Shown here one piece after another: positions 19,018 to 26,562 of a DNA stretch of 64,000 bases (positions within the stretch are counted from its first letter, which is position 1; each line of letters begins with the position of its first letter). Both the position numbers and the translations under genes were made by a program. The notes under the pieces are model-generated. The model made no database searches and was not told the DNA's origin. It saw only the letters and a list, made by a program, of their open reading frames with translations. Source of the DNA: Candidatus Nanopelagicaceae bacterium (lineage in GTDB: Bacteria; Actinomycetota; Actinomycetes; Nanopelagicales; Nanopelagicaceae); NCBI GenBank assembly GCA_035530875.1, contig DATKUB010000057.1, positions 22,540 to 86,539 on the forward strand, read 5' to 3'.

Positions 19018-21060
19018 ATGATGGATCCAAGGCACGCAATTCTTTTCGAGCCGGTCACCATTGGTCCGAAGGTTCTGCCAAACCGGTTCTATCAAGTTCC
19101 ACATGCATCGGGGTTCGGCGCTGCCAAGCCGCGTGCCCATGCGGCATTTCGCGCCATCAAGGCAGAGGGTGGTTGGGGCGGCGTGTGCACCGACTATGCC
19201 CCAGTATCACCGGACTCGGACGAGACGCCTGCCGTTGCTTCTGACATCTGGGATGCCGAGGACGCTCGCCGGCTGGGTCTGGTGGCTGAGGCTATTCATG
19301 AACATGGCGCACTGGCTGGGATCGAGTTGCATCACGGTGGCTCCTCGTCGCCCAACGGTGAATCACGTTATCCCCGCATCGCACCCAGCCAGTCTGCAGG
19401 GACCTCGATCTATTCGAGTTTGCCGCGCGAGATGAGCCTTGCCGACATCGCACGGGTTCAGAAAGATTTCGTAGAGGCGGCCAAACGGGCCCGCGACGTC
19501 GGGTTCGACATTGTTTATGTCTATGGCGCACATGGGTATCTGATGACCCAGATGCTCTCTTCCGTCACAAACCGGCGCAGCGATTCTTACGGTGGTCCGC
19601 TAGCAAACCGCGCCCGCTTCCAGATCGAGACGCTGGAGAAAGTTCGCGCGGCCGTAGGGGATGACTGCGCGATAGCGATCCGCACGGCAGTCGCGCCAGG
19701 TAAGGATTTGTTGGGCATTGACGCCGAAGAGATGCTCGAATTCGTACGCATGGTGGATCCGGTTGTAGACCTGTTTGACGTCAACGTCGGCAGTTGGCCG
19801 GAGGACTCGGGAACTTCAAGATATTTTTCCGAGGGACATCAATTGCCGTGGACATCTCGAGTACGCGAAGCGACGTCGAAAGTCATCGTTGGCGTTGGGC
19901 GCTATACGAATCCCGACACGATGGCCGCACTTATTAGGAGCGGCAACTTCGATCTGATTGGGGCTGCCAGGCCGGCAATCGCCGATCCGTTTCTGCCCAA
20001 CAAGATTCGGGAAGGCAGAGTCGATGAGATCCGCGAGTGCACTGGGTCAAATGTCTGCATTCTTAAAGAGGAGACGTTCCATCACGTTGGTTGTATCCAA
20101 AACGCAACCGCTGGCGAGGAGTATCGCAGGGGCTGGCACCCCGAGCTCTACCTCAAACCGCAATATCCGCAGCGCCCGGTTCTCGTCGTCGGTGGGGGGC
20201 CGGCGGGAATGGAGTGCGCCATGGTTCTTGGAAAGCGCGGTTTCGAGGCGGTGCACCTGGTAGAGGCTGGAGACCAACTTGGCGGCAAACTCAGGTGGAC
20301 CCGCGATCTTCCAACGCTCGGTGATTGGGGACGAGTAATCGATCACCGCGTCGTCGGACTTGCCAAACTGCCGAATGTCGAAGTGATTCTCGGACGTCGA
20401 CTCACCGCAGCCGAGGTCCTTGACTACGGCGCCGAAATCGTGGTCATTGCTACCGGCTCTTCTTGGTGCGGCGACGGCACCCAACCCATTCATCTTCCTC
20501 GGATCGAAGGCGCAGAGCACGCTCTAACGCCGGAGCGAGTGATGGCCGGCGAGCGACCTGCAACCGGTCGGGTCGTTGTATACGACGCGGATGGTTACTA
20601 CGTCGGCCCTGGAATCGCCGAGCTGCTTAGCCTCGAAGGTTATGAGGTTCACTTAGTCACTCCTCAAGAGAAGATTTCGCCGATCTCGGACGCGTCACTT
20701 GAAGGTGACATGCTCCGTAAGCACCTTCATCAACTAGGAATTGCGTTCCACGTTGACGTCGCCATTCACGCGATCGACGGAGACCGGGTGCGCGGGGAGA
20801 CCACCTTTGGCGATCCGTGGTCACTTGAGACAGACGGCGTGGTTTTGGTCACACAACAATCGAGCAATGACGAGTTGTACCGCCAACTCAACTCCGATTC
20901 GAGCAGACTTTCCGAAGCCGGAATCCGTGCCGTACACGCGATTGGTGATGCGGTTGCGCCACGGATTCCGTCAGAGGCGGTTTTCGACGGTCACCGGCTG
21001 GCCCGTGAGATCGAAAGCCAGAACCCAATGGTGCCCACCTCTTGGCGGCGTGAGCCCTGA
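19018..21060 (+). CDS. Trimethylamine/histamine dehydrogenase - DgcA/StcD-family NADH:flavin oxidoreductase
   Basis: 680 aa with a GGAGGG SD. The N-terminus [25 protein letters not shown] and [18 protein letters not shown] closely parallel TMADH. A C-terminal ADP-binding fold [12 protein letters not shown] is present. Confidence 0.85.
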   Translation: [680 protein letters not shown]

Positions 21061-21086
21061 CGGGATGAGATTGGGACATTTAGCTG
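21052..21086 (+). repeat. Cassette-boundary motif copy c0 (degenerate)
   Basis: GAGCCCTGACGGGATGAGATTGGGACATTTAGCTG. It overlaps the TGA stop (21058-21060) of the upstream flavoprotein gene and shares CATTTAG with c1. Confidence 0.55.
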
Positions 21087-21357
21087 ATCGATAGACCTGT
21101 TCGGTGTCACGCTAGCTGGTTGCAGATGGCGCTGCGCGTCTTGCTTCGCCATGCGAATTGTTTGTCCATGCGAAATCGGTCTAGCATCGGGGGGAGCGTC
21201 GACTGTGGCGTCTTTCTCATTCGAAACGAGGTTTGCGGCCCGTGCCCCTGTTACAAATTCATCTATTCGAAGGCCAGCCAGCTGGTGCTTTCGGCAGTAC
21301 GCCAGCCCAGGATTACGAGATTGCTGCGACCAGCGCAGCAGGACTGGCGGGCTGACC

Positions 21358-22122
21358 ATGGCCGACCTGAGACAGCTCGCGGGTAAGCGGATCGTCCTGA
21401 CCGGCGGAGCGGCCAACATCGGCCGTGCCTGCGCACTGCTGATGGCGCGCCACGGCGGGCAGATTGTCATCGGCGACATCGATGTTGCCGGAGCCGAGGA
21501 GACGGCCACTCTCATCAAGAGTGAGGGGGGCACGGCCTCGGTCGTGCCGACCGACGTCACCTCCGAGGAGGCGATTAAGAACCTCATCGACACCGCCGCG
21601 GAGCGGCTAGGTGGACTTGACGTCGGCTTCTTCAACGCCGGACTCCAGCGCTCGGGCGCCGTAACCGACTTCTCCGTCGAGGAGTGGGACGCAATGTTCG
21701 CCGTCAATCCGCGTCACTGCTTCCTCGCTGCTAAGCACCTGACGCCGCATCTGCGAGACAAGGGCGGTTCGATCGTGCTGACTTCCTCGGCCGCTGCCTT
21801 CAAGGGAGGCCCGGGCATGACGGGGTACTCCGCCTCTAAGGGCGCAATCATCGGCTTCGGCAAATCCCTCGCAGTCGAGCTCGCTCCCAGCAAGATCCGG
21901 GTCAACGTCATTTGCCCCGGTTGGATTGACACACCGTTCAACCAGCCTTCAATTGATTACATGGGCGGCCGAGAGTTGCAGGAAGAGGCTGTCCGGTACG
22001 TCGTTCCCCTAGGACGACAAGGCGCGCCTGAGGAGGTCGCTGGCGGCGTTCTGTTCCTTGCCTCAGATGCCTCGTCCTACATGACCGGTCAGACCCTGAT
22101 CATTGATGGTGGCGTGGTCTGA
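21358..22122 (+). CDS. Short-chain dehydrogenase/reductase (SDR)
   Basis: ORF 21151..22122 trimmed to the ATG at 21358 (MADLRQLAGKRIVLTGGAANIGRA). TGxxxxxG, NAG and YSASK catalytic motifs. Visibly GC-richer than its neighbours. Confidence 0.85.
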   Translation: MADLRQLAGKRIVLTGGAANIGRACALLMARHGGQIVIGDIDVAGAEETATLIKSEGGTASVVPTDVTSEEAIKNLIDTAAERLGGLDVGFFNAGLQRSGAVTDFSVEEWDAMFAVNPRHCFLAAKHLTPHLRDKGGSIVLTSSAAAFKGGPGMTGYSASKGAIIGFGKSLAVELAPSKIRVNVICPGWIDTPFNQPSIDYMGGRELQEEAVRYVVPLGRQGAPEEVAGGVLFLASDASSYMTGQTLIIDGGVV

Positions 22123-22130
22123 TCAATCAG

Positions 22131-22180
22131 CAAGTCACGCAAACTCAACCATCGTCAAGTCACGCAAACTCAACCATCGT
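22131..22180 (+). repeat. Perfect 25-bp x2 tandem duplication
   Basis: CAAGTCACGCAAACTCAACCATCGT occurs at 22131-22155 and 22156-22180, 9 nt after the SDR stop. Confidence 0.95.
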
Positions 22181-22229
22181 AAAGAGCCTTGAGGTCAAAT
22201 ATTTGACCGTGGCTGCCAGTTTCGGCCCG

Positions 22230-22265
22230 TTGTCCGAGGCGTAGTCGCCCCTGCGCCTCGGACAA
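22230..22265. terminator. 12-bp perfect stem-loop (possible SDR terminator or recombination hairpin)
   Basis: TTGTCCGAGGCG (22230-22241) pairs with CGCCTCGGACAA (22254-22265) around a 12-nt loop. No U-tract follows. Confidence 0.35.
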
Positions 22266-22357
22266 TCAGCATTTGAGCCGAGGAGATGTCAGGTAACTCT
22301 CCGGGTCAATGGGGACTGACAAAGTCAGGGCCTTCAAGTAGCAGGAAGCCCACAACT

Positions 22358-22389
22358 GCGCCCGAAGAGGTAAACCGGGCATTTAGAGG
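22358..22389 (+). repeat. Cassette-boundary motif copy c1
   Basis: GCGCCCGAAGAGGTAAACCGGGCATTTAGAGG. Confidence 0.7.
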
Positions 22390-22415
22390 TTAAGTTTCTC
22401 GTCTCTAGCGCGCAC

Positions 22416-22982
22416 TTAAGCGAGGGGAATTCTCCATCGGTATCCGGCTGTTCCACCTTGTGATGCAGGTTTGAGAAATTCCTCAATCAGAATTCCTCCG
22501 TTATTAGTGATCACTTTTTGAGACGCTTCGTTGTCCAAGTCTGTGGTTAATTCGACGTAAGGCAAACCAAGTTTCCGTGCATCTGGGAGTAGGGCTCCCA
22601 GAGCATTGGTCGCATACCTCATGTTTTGCTTCCAAGGGACAACTGCATAGCCGATATGTCCTAAAGCATGCGCAGGCAATTCAGGAGTACCCGGCTGCCA
22701 ACGCAGTCCGATCGCTCCGCAGAATTCCCCATCCCAAATCCAACGCGTGATGGATGGTAGCCGCGGAACAAGGGAACCATCTGGAAGTTCAACCAAGGGT
22801 CCTGAACCAGTTGGGTTATTGGCAAGATCGAAAATAAGTTGAGGGTCTTGTTCGGCTCTTTGAAGTTCTTCCACCGAAACATCCCGAAGATTATTCGAAG
22901 ACCACCCTCTGCTTAGCGCGACTTTATAACTCTCCAGATAGTCACCGCTGGGCGCCACGAGTTCCATAAGGGATTCTGGCAT
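22416..22982 (-). CDS. GNAT-family N-acetyltransferase
   Basis: ORF 22416..23063 trimmed to the ATG at 22982 so that it does not read through motif c2. GHIGYAVVPWKQNMRYATNAL...NEASQKVITNNGG is a GNAT acetyl-CoA fold. Confidence 0.75.
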   Translation of the reverse strand: MPESLMELVAPSGDYLESYKVALSRGWSSNNLRDVSVEELQRAEQDPQLIFDLANNPTGSGPLVELPDGSLVPRLPSITRWIWDGEFCGAIGLRWQPGTPELPAHALGHIGYAVVPWKQNMRYATNALGALLPDARKLGLPYVELTTDLDNEASQKVITNNGGILIEEFLKPASQGGTAGYRWRIPLA

Positions 22983-23027
22983 ATCGGCCAAATAGCATGT
23001 GGGGAAATATGTCGCAAACAAGAGTCT

Positions 23028-23060
23028 GCACCCGAAGGGATAAAATTGGGCATTGGGAAT
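23028..23060 (+). repeat. Cassette-boundary motif copy c2
   Basis: GCACCCGAAGGGATAAAATTGGGCATTGGGAAT. Confidence 0.8.
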
Positions 23061-23167
23061 CAACTCTCCTAATGCCGTAGCCTAAAAGCGATCTAGGGCG
23101 GCAATTCGGAAATGTTTGTACGTCGCGTTGCGCCGAGTGCTTCACTTAGGAGGTGAGGCCTCAGAAA

Positions 23168-23977
23168 ATGACGAATCCCGGCCACAAAGATCCCACGGAT
23201 TACGTGCAACTGAATGCAGTCTTGATGGACCTCGTTGATGGCGCCAAAAGTGTCCTCGGTCCGAACTTCTTTGCCGCGTACCTTCAGGGCTCGTTCGCGC
23301 TTGGCGACGCCGACTTGCACAGCGACGTCGACTTCTTGATTGTCACTAACGACGAGGTCAACCTCCTTGAACAGTCTCAGTTGCAAACCATGCACGAGAA
23401 GTTCCCAGACCTGGATGTCGATTGGGCCCAGCATCTTGAGGGCTCTTACGTCACCAAGGCAGCGTTAAAGCGTCCGGACCCGGCGCGAACTCCTTGGCTC
23501 TACGTAGATAACGGGAGCAGAATGCTAGAGCGGTCCGATCACGACAACACCGCCGTCACCAGATGGGTAGTTCGCGAGCATGGAGTGATTCTCGACGGCC
23601 CCGATCCAAAGGATGTCATCGATCCAATTACGGCAGCCGAACTTCGCGCTGAGGTTGCGGCTTTGATTCCTGAATGGGCAGCCGAACTTCGCGCTGATCC
23701 AGAAGGAATGAATAACGCATGGAGACAACCGCACACCGTGCTGTCCTACTGCCGAACTTTGCAGACACTGAACGCTGGACGTGTCACCTCCAAACTCGAG
23801 GCAGGAAGGTGGGCGCTTAGAACTTTGGATCTTGAATGGACCGATCTAATTCAGCGTGCTCTTGATGATCGTCCGGACCCCTGGAGGCGAGCGCGCCAGT
23901 CGTCAGACCCTTCGACCGTCGAAAGCACATGGGCGTTCATCGACTACGTCGTCGCCTTCGCCGACTCTCAAACCTAA
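23168..23977 (+). CDS. Aminoglycoside nucleotidyltransferase-like protein (ANT(3'')/(9) AadA-type, NTase + DUF4111-like C-terminus)
   Basis: AGGAGGTGAGG lies upstream of the ATG at 23168. LQGSFALGDADLHSDVDFLIV is a pol-beta NTase motif. The C-terminal GRVTSKLEAGRWAL...LIQRALDDR resembles the AadA helical domain. Confidence 0.75.
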   Translation: MTNPGHKDPTDYVQLNAVLMDLVDGAKSVLGPNFFAAYLQGSFALGDADLHSDVDFLIVTNDEVNLLEQSQLQTMHEKFPDLDVDWAQHLEGSYVTKAALKRPDPARTPWLYVDNGSRMLERSDHDNTAVTRWVVREHGVILDGPDPKDVIDPITAAELRAEVAALIPEWAAELRADPEGMNNAWRQPHTVLSYCRTLQTLNAGRVTSKLEAGRWALRTLDLEWTDLIQRALDDRPDPWRRARQSSDPSTVESTWAFIDYVVAFADSQT

Positions 23978-24007
23978 ATCCGTGTTGATTCTCAAGAAAT
24001 ATTTTGC

Positions 24008-24062
24008 GCGCCCGAGGGGATAAAACTGGGCACTGGGAATTCATAGTTGCCTTGCCCTGAGG
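24008..24062 (+). repeat. Cassette-boundary motif copy c3 (with right-hand extension shared with c4)
   Basis: GCGCCCGAGGGGATAAAACTGGGCACTGGGAAT followed by TCATAGTTGCCTTGCCCTGAGG. Confidence 0.85.
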
Positions 24063-24360
24063 CCCGAAGTTCTGCCGTTGATGAGAACTGCTCGCTTTCC
24101 GATTCGCAATTGGGGACTCTATAGGGCCACGAACCCCCCGTTCCGACGATTGAGCGACAAAGGTTGTGTTGATCGCCAACCCTTTTACTCATGGGGCACG
24201 GTCCACAGATGCTCGCTTACCTGCTCAATTGTCCCAGCAGTACGTCTTCGTCACAGTCGGGTGGCAACATTTCCATCCTTTTGTACTTGAACTGGGGAGC
24301 AACCGAATTTGAACGCATCGAACTAAATCGATATTGAGGAATTACTCTGCAAATATAGGT

Positions 24361-24389
24361 ATTCCGCTGGCAGCGGAATATGCTAATAT
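24361..24389 (+). promoter_or_regulatory. Palindromic operator plus -10 box of a probable leaderless promoter for the AbiE-like module
   Basis: ATTCCGCTG-G-CAGCGGAAT (24361-24379, 9-bp perfect arms). TAATAT at 24384-24389 ends 6 nt before the ATG at 24396. No SD is present. Confidence 0.4.
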
Positions 24390-24395
24390 TCAGAA

Positions 24396-25529
24396 ATGAA
24401 CCCTCAGAAGGGCCTCGCGCCAAGTTCTCAGACTGAGCCTCAAACCGATGACTCAGTGGCGACTCAGGCACAAGCCTGGCTCGAACAAGCTATTCCCCCA
24501 GGCTGGAAAATTGAAACGGAAAAGCTCAAAGAAACGTCCAGAAAACTAGGCCAAGCCGATGCTCTACTTAGGATTAGTAATGGCATAAGCGAACAAGCAA
24601 AATTCGTCGTTGAGATCAAAAAACAATTTGTATCGCGTGATATCGCGACAGTGCTCGAACAGCTCAAGGCGGTTCAAGCACAAATCGACAATGCGGCACC
24701 AATGATCATCGCTCGCTACATATCAGAATCGGTGCAGAGATCTTTGCGGAACCTTGGCGTCTCCTACGCTGATGCAACCGGTAATTTGCAAATCATCTAT
24801 CCCAAAACGTCAACATATATTCGTGACGTTGGAGCGAAGTCAGACCCCTGGCGAGGCCCTGGTCGTCCCCGAAACTCGTTAAGAGGCGCTCCTGCATCTA
24901 GAGTTTTACAGAGTTTGATTGAAGTTAGGCCTCCCTTTTCAATTCCGCAAATCATCAAAATTGCCAAATCGTCGAGTGGAGTCACATATAGAGTTATTGA
25001 GTACCTCGAAAGAGAAAACCTCCTAACTCTGGTCCAAAACACCAAGGGGCCAAAACCCAAGCAAGAAGTGAAATCCGTTTTGTGGCGGGAGACCATCGAG
25101 CGATGGAGTCAAGATTATGAATTTCAATCCTCAAATGATGTCCAATCTTTTGTTGAACCCAGGGGGATGGAAACTTTATTGAAGAAGTTAAAGTCAATAA
25201 GTAGCAATTCATATGCAATTACAGGGTCACTTTCCGCAAATATTTACTCACCATACGCCAATCCAAAACTGGCAATGATCTACGCGAAGGATGTAAAAGA
25301 TCTAGCATCTACTCTACAAATCACACCAGTAAGCACGGGTGCAAATGTTCTCTTAGCGGCAACAGACCATGAATCAATCTTCGAGGACACCAAAGCAAAA
25401 AACGGCTTGATCTATGTTTCAATTGTTCAAACGGCGCTAGACCTCTTGACCTCTCCTGGTCGGGGCCCGTCCGAGGGCGAAGAACTTCTCAATTGGATGG
25501 AGTCGCATCAAGATGAGTGGAGACGATAA
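24396..25529 (+). CDS. AbiEi-like antitoxin/regulator (wHTH + AbiEi C-terminal-like domain) with N-terminal PD-(D/E)xK-like extension
   Basis: wHTH IPQIIKIAKSSSGVTYRVIEYLERENLL. The C-terminus IYVSIVQTALDLLTSPGRGPSEGEELLNWM is typical of AbiEi-type antitoxins. The N-terminus QADALLRI...FVVEIKK gives a D...ExK pattern. Confidence 0.55.
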   Translation: MNPQKGLAPSSQTEPQTDDSVATQAQAWLEQAIPPGWKIETEKLKETSRKLGQADALLRISNGISEQAKFVVEIKKQFVSRDIATVLEQLKAVQAQIDNAAPMIIARYISESVQRSLRNLGVSYADATGNLQIIYPKTSTYIRDVGAKSDPWRGPGRPRNSLRGAPASRVLQSLIEVRPPFSIPQIIKIAKSSSGVTYRVIEYLERENLLTLVQNTKGPKPKQEVKSVLWRETIERWSQDYEFQSSNDVQSFVEPRGMETLLKKLKSISSNSYAITGSLSANIYSPYANPKLAMIYAKDVKDLASTLQITPVSTGANVLLAATDHESIFEDTKAKNGLIYVSIVQTALDLLTSPGRGPSEGEELLNWMESHQDEWRR

Positions 25530-26328
25530 CCTGGTTAATGAAGCAAAAGTTGCTCTGTTCGAAGCATTGGATGCACTGGGACCTCATCGAGATTCCGTGA
25601 TATTGGTGGGCGCGCAAGCGATCTACCAGCACACAGGAAACATTGATCTCGCGGTCGCTGAATTCACTAAAGACAGTGATCTTGTTTTCGACGTCAATAA
25701 TTTGGAAGAATCCCCTGAAATTTCCGCACTTCTCAAGCAATCTGGTTTTTATCAAAGTGTTGGAGCAAATCCTGGGCAATGGTTGAGCAGGTCTGGAATC
25801 CCAATAGACCTCATGGCTCCAGATTCTTTGGTAAAGGGTGGGAAACGAAGTGCGAATCTTGCGCCACATCACGAAATGACTGCTCGTCGAACCGTGGGGT
25901 TGGAAGCGGCGATCGTCGACTACGCCATAATGAAAATTGCGAGCCCTGACGATCCAACTAGATTTATTGCCATAAAGGTCGCCGGACCTGCTGCGCTTTT
26001 GGTAGCCAAGGCTCATAAAATCTACGAACGAAAAGATTCAGCCAAGCGCACTCAAGACAAAGATGCGCTGGATATTTATCGACTTCTAATTGCCTTTGAG
26101 ACACAAGAGTTGCTCCCCGGTTTCACGTTAATTCTCAATAATTCGATTTCTTCTAAAACAACTTCATTGGCACTCAAATATTTAGAAGAACTTTTTACTT
26201 TGGGGAGTCAACCCATTGGATCATTAATGGTACGCAGGGCCGTGTCTACTCTCGGCGAAGCCGATCAAATTGCACAGTCGGTAATCATATTGGTGAATGA
26301 ACTCCTGCAAGCAATAAGCAGGATTTAG
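25513..26328 (+). CDS. AbiEii-like nucleotidyltransferase-fold toxin candidate
   Basis: The ATG at 25513 overlaps the upstream gene by 17 nt. VILVGAQAIYQH...EFTKDSDLVFDV fits the hG[GS]..D.D minimal NTase pattern. Size is 271 aa. Confidence 0.55.
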   Translation: MSGDDNLVNEAKVALFEALDALGPHRDSVILVGAQAIYQHTGNIDLAVAEFTKDSDLVFDVNNLEESPEISALLKQSGFYQSVGANPGQWLSRSGIPIDLMAPDSLVKGGKRSANLAPHHEMTARRTVGLEAAIVDYAIMKIASPDDPTRFIAIKVAGPAALLVAKAHKIYERKDSAKRTQDKDALDIYRLLIAFETQELLPGFTLILNNSISSKTTSLALKYLEELFTLGSQPIGSLMVRRAVSTLGEADQIAQSVIILVNELLQAISRI

Positions 26329-26507
26329 GAGCGCAACTTTTTTGGCATACAACCTCGATAGAACGATTGCAATCCAGGGGCCAATTCCATCGAGGACACG
26401 ACAAATGGTGTCGAAGCACAATTGGAAGTGTTAATCATACCCAGTGGTGAAGAGGACTAGAAAGTCAAGAAAGCAAATACTGGCTTTGCGACGTGCACCT
26501 ATATCGC

Positions 26508-26562
26508 GAGCCCGAAGGAATAGAACTGGGCACTGGGAGACAATCGTTACCTTCCCTTAGGA
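26508..26562 (+). repeat. Cassette-boundary motif copy c4 (with right-hand extension)
   Basis: GAGCCCGAAGGAATAGAACTGGGCACTGGGAGA followed by CAATCGTTACCTTCCCTTAGG. The extension overlaps the stop codon of the GNAT gene at 26557. Confidence 0.85.

Noticed and set aside
20991-21707. A 238-aa ORF on the minus strand spanning the flavoprotein 3' end, the intergenic region and the SDR 5' half.
   Set aside because: It is antisense to two well-supported genes. It has an Ala/Ser/Pro/Arg-rich, low-information composition typical of shadow ORFs in GC-rich coding DNA.
23028-23063. Reverse-strand ORFs read through the motif copies (IPNAQFYPFGCR, FPVPSFIPSGAQ, LPVPSSIPSGSR). Could the motif be a conserved coding segment?
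   Set aside because: These ORFs are short, start or stop at different points relative to the motif, and have no common continuation. The N-terminal extension of the GNAT ORF (22983-23063) has no GNAT homology. The motif is treated as non-coding.
24291-24372. A tRNA-like fragment (TGGGGAGCAACCGAATTTGAACGC resembles the reverse complement of an acceptor/T-arm).
   Set aside because: No complementary 5' acceptor strand (GGAGCAA) occurs about 70 nt away, the T-stem halves do not pair, and no anticodon or D-arm could be drawn. No tRNA genes were found in the window.
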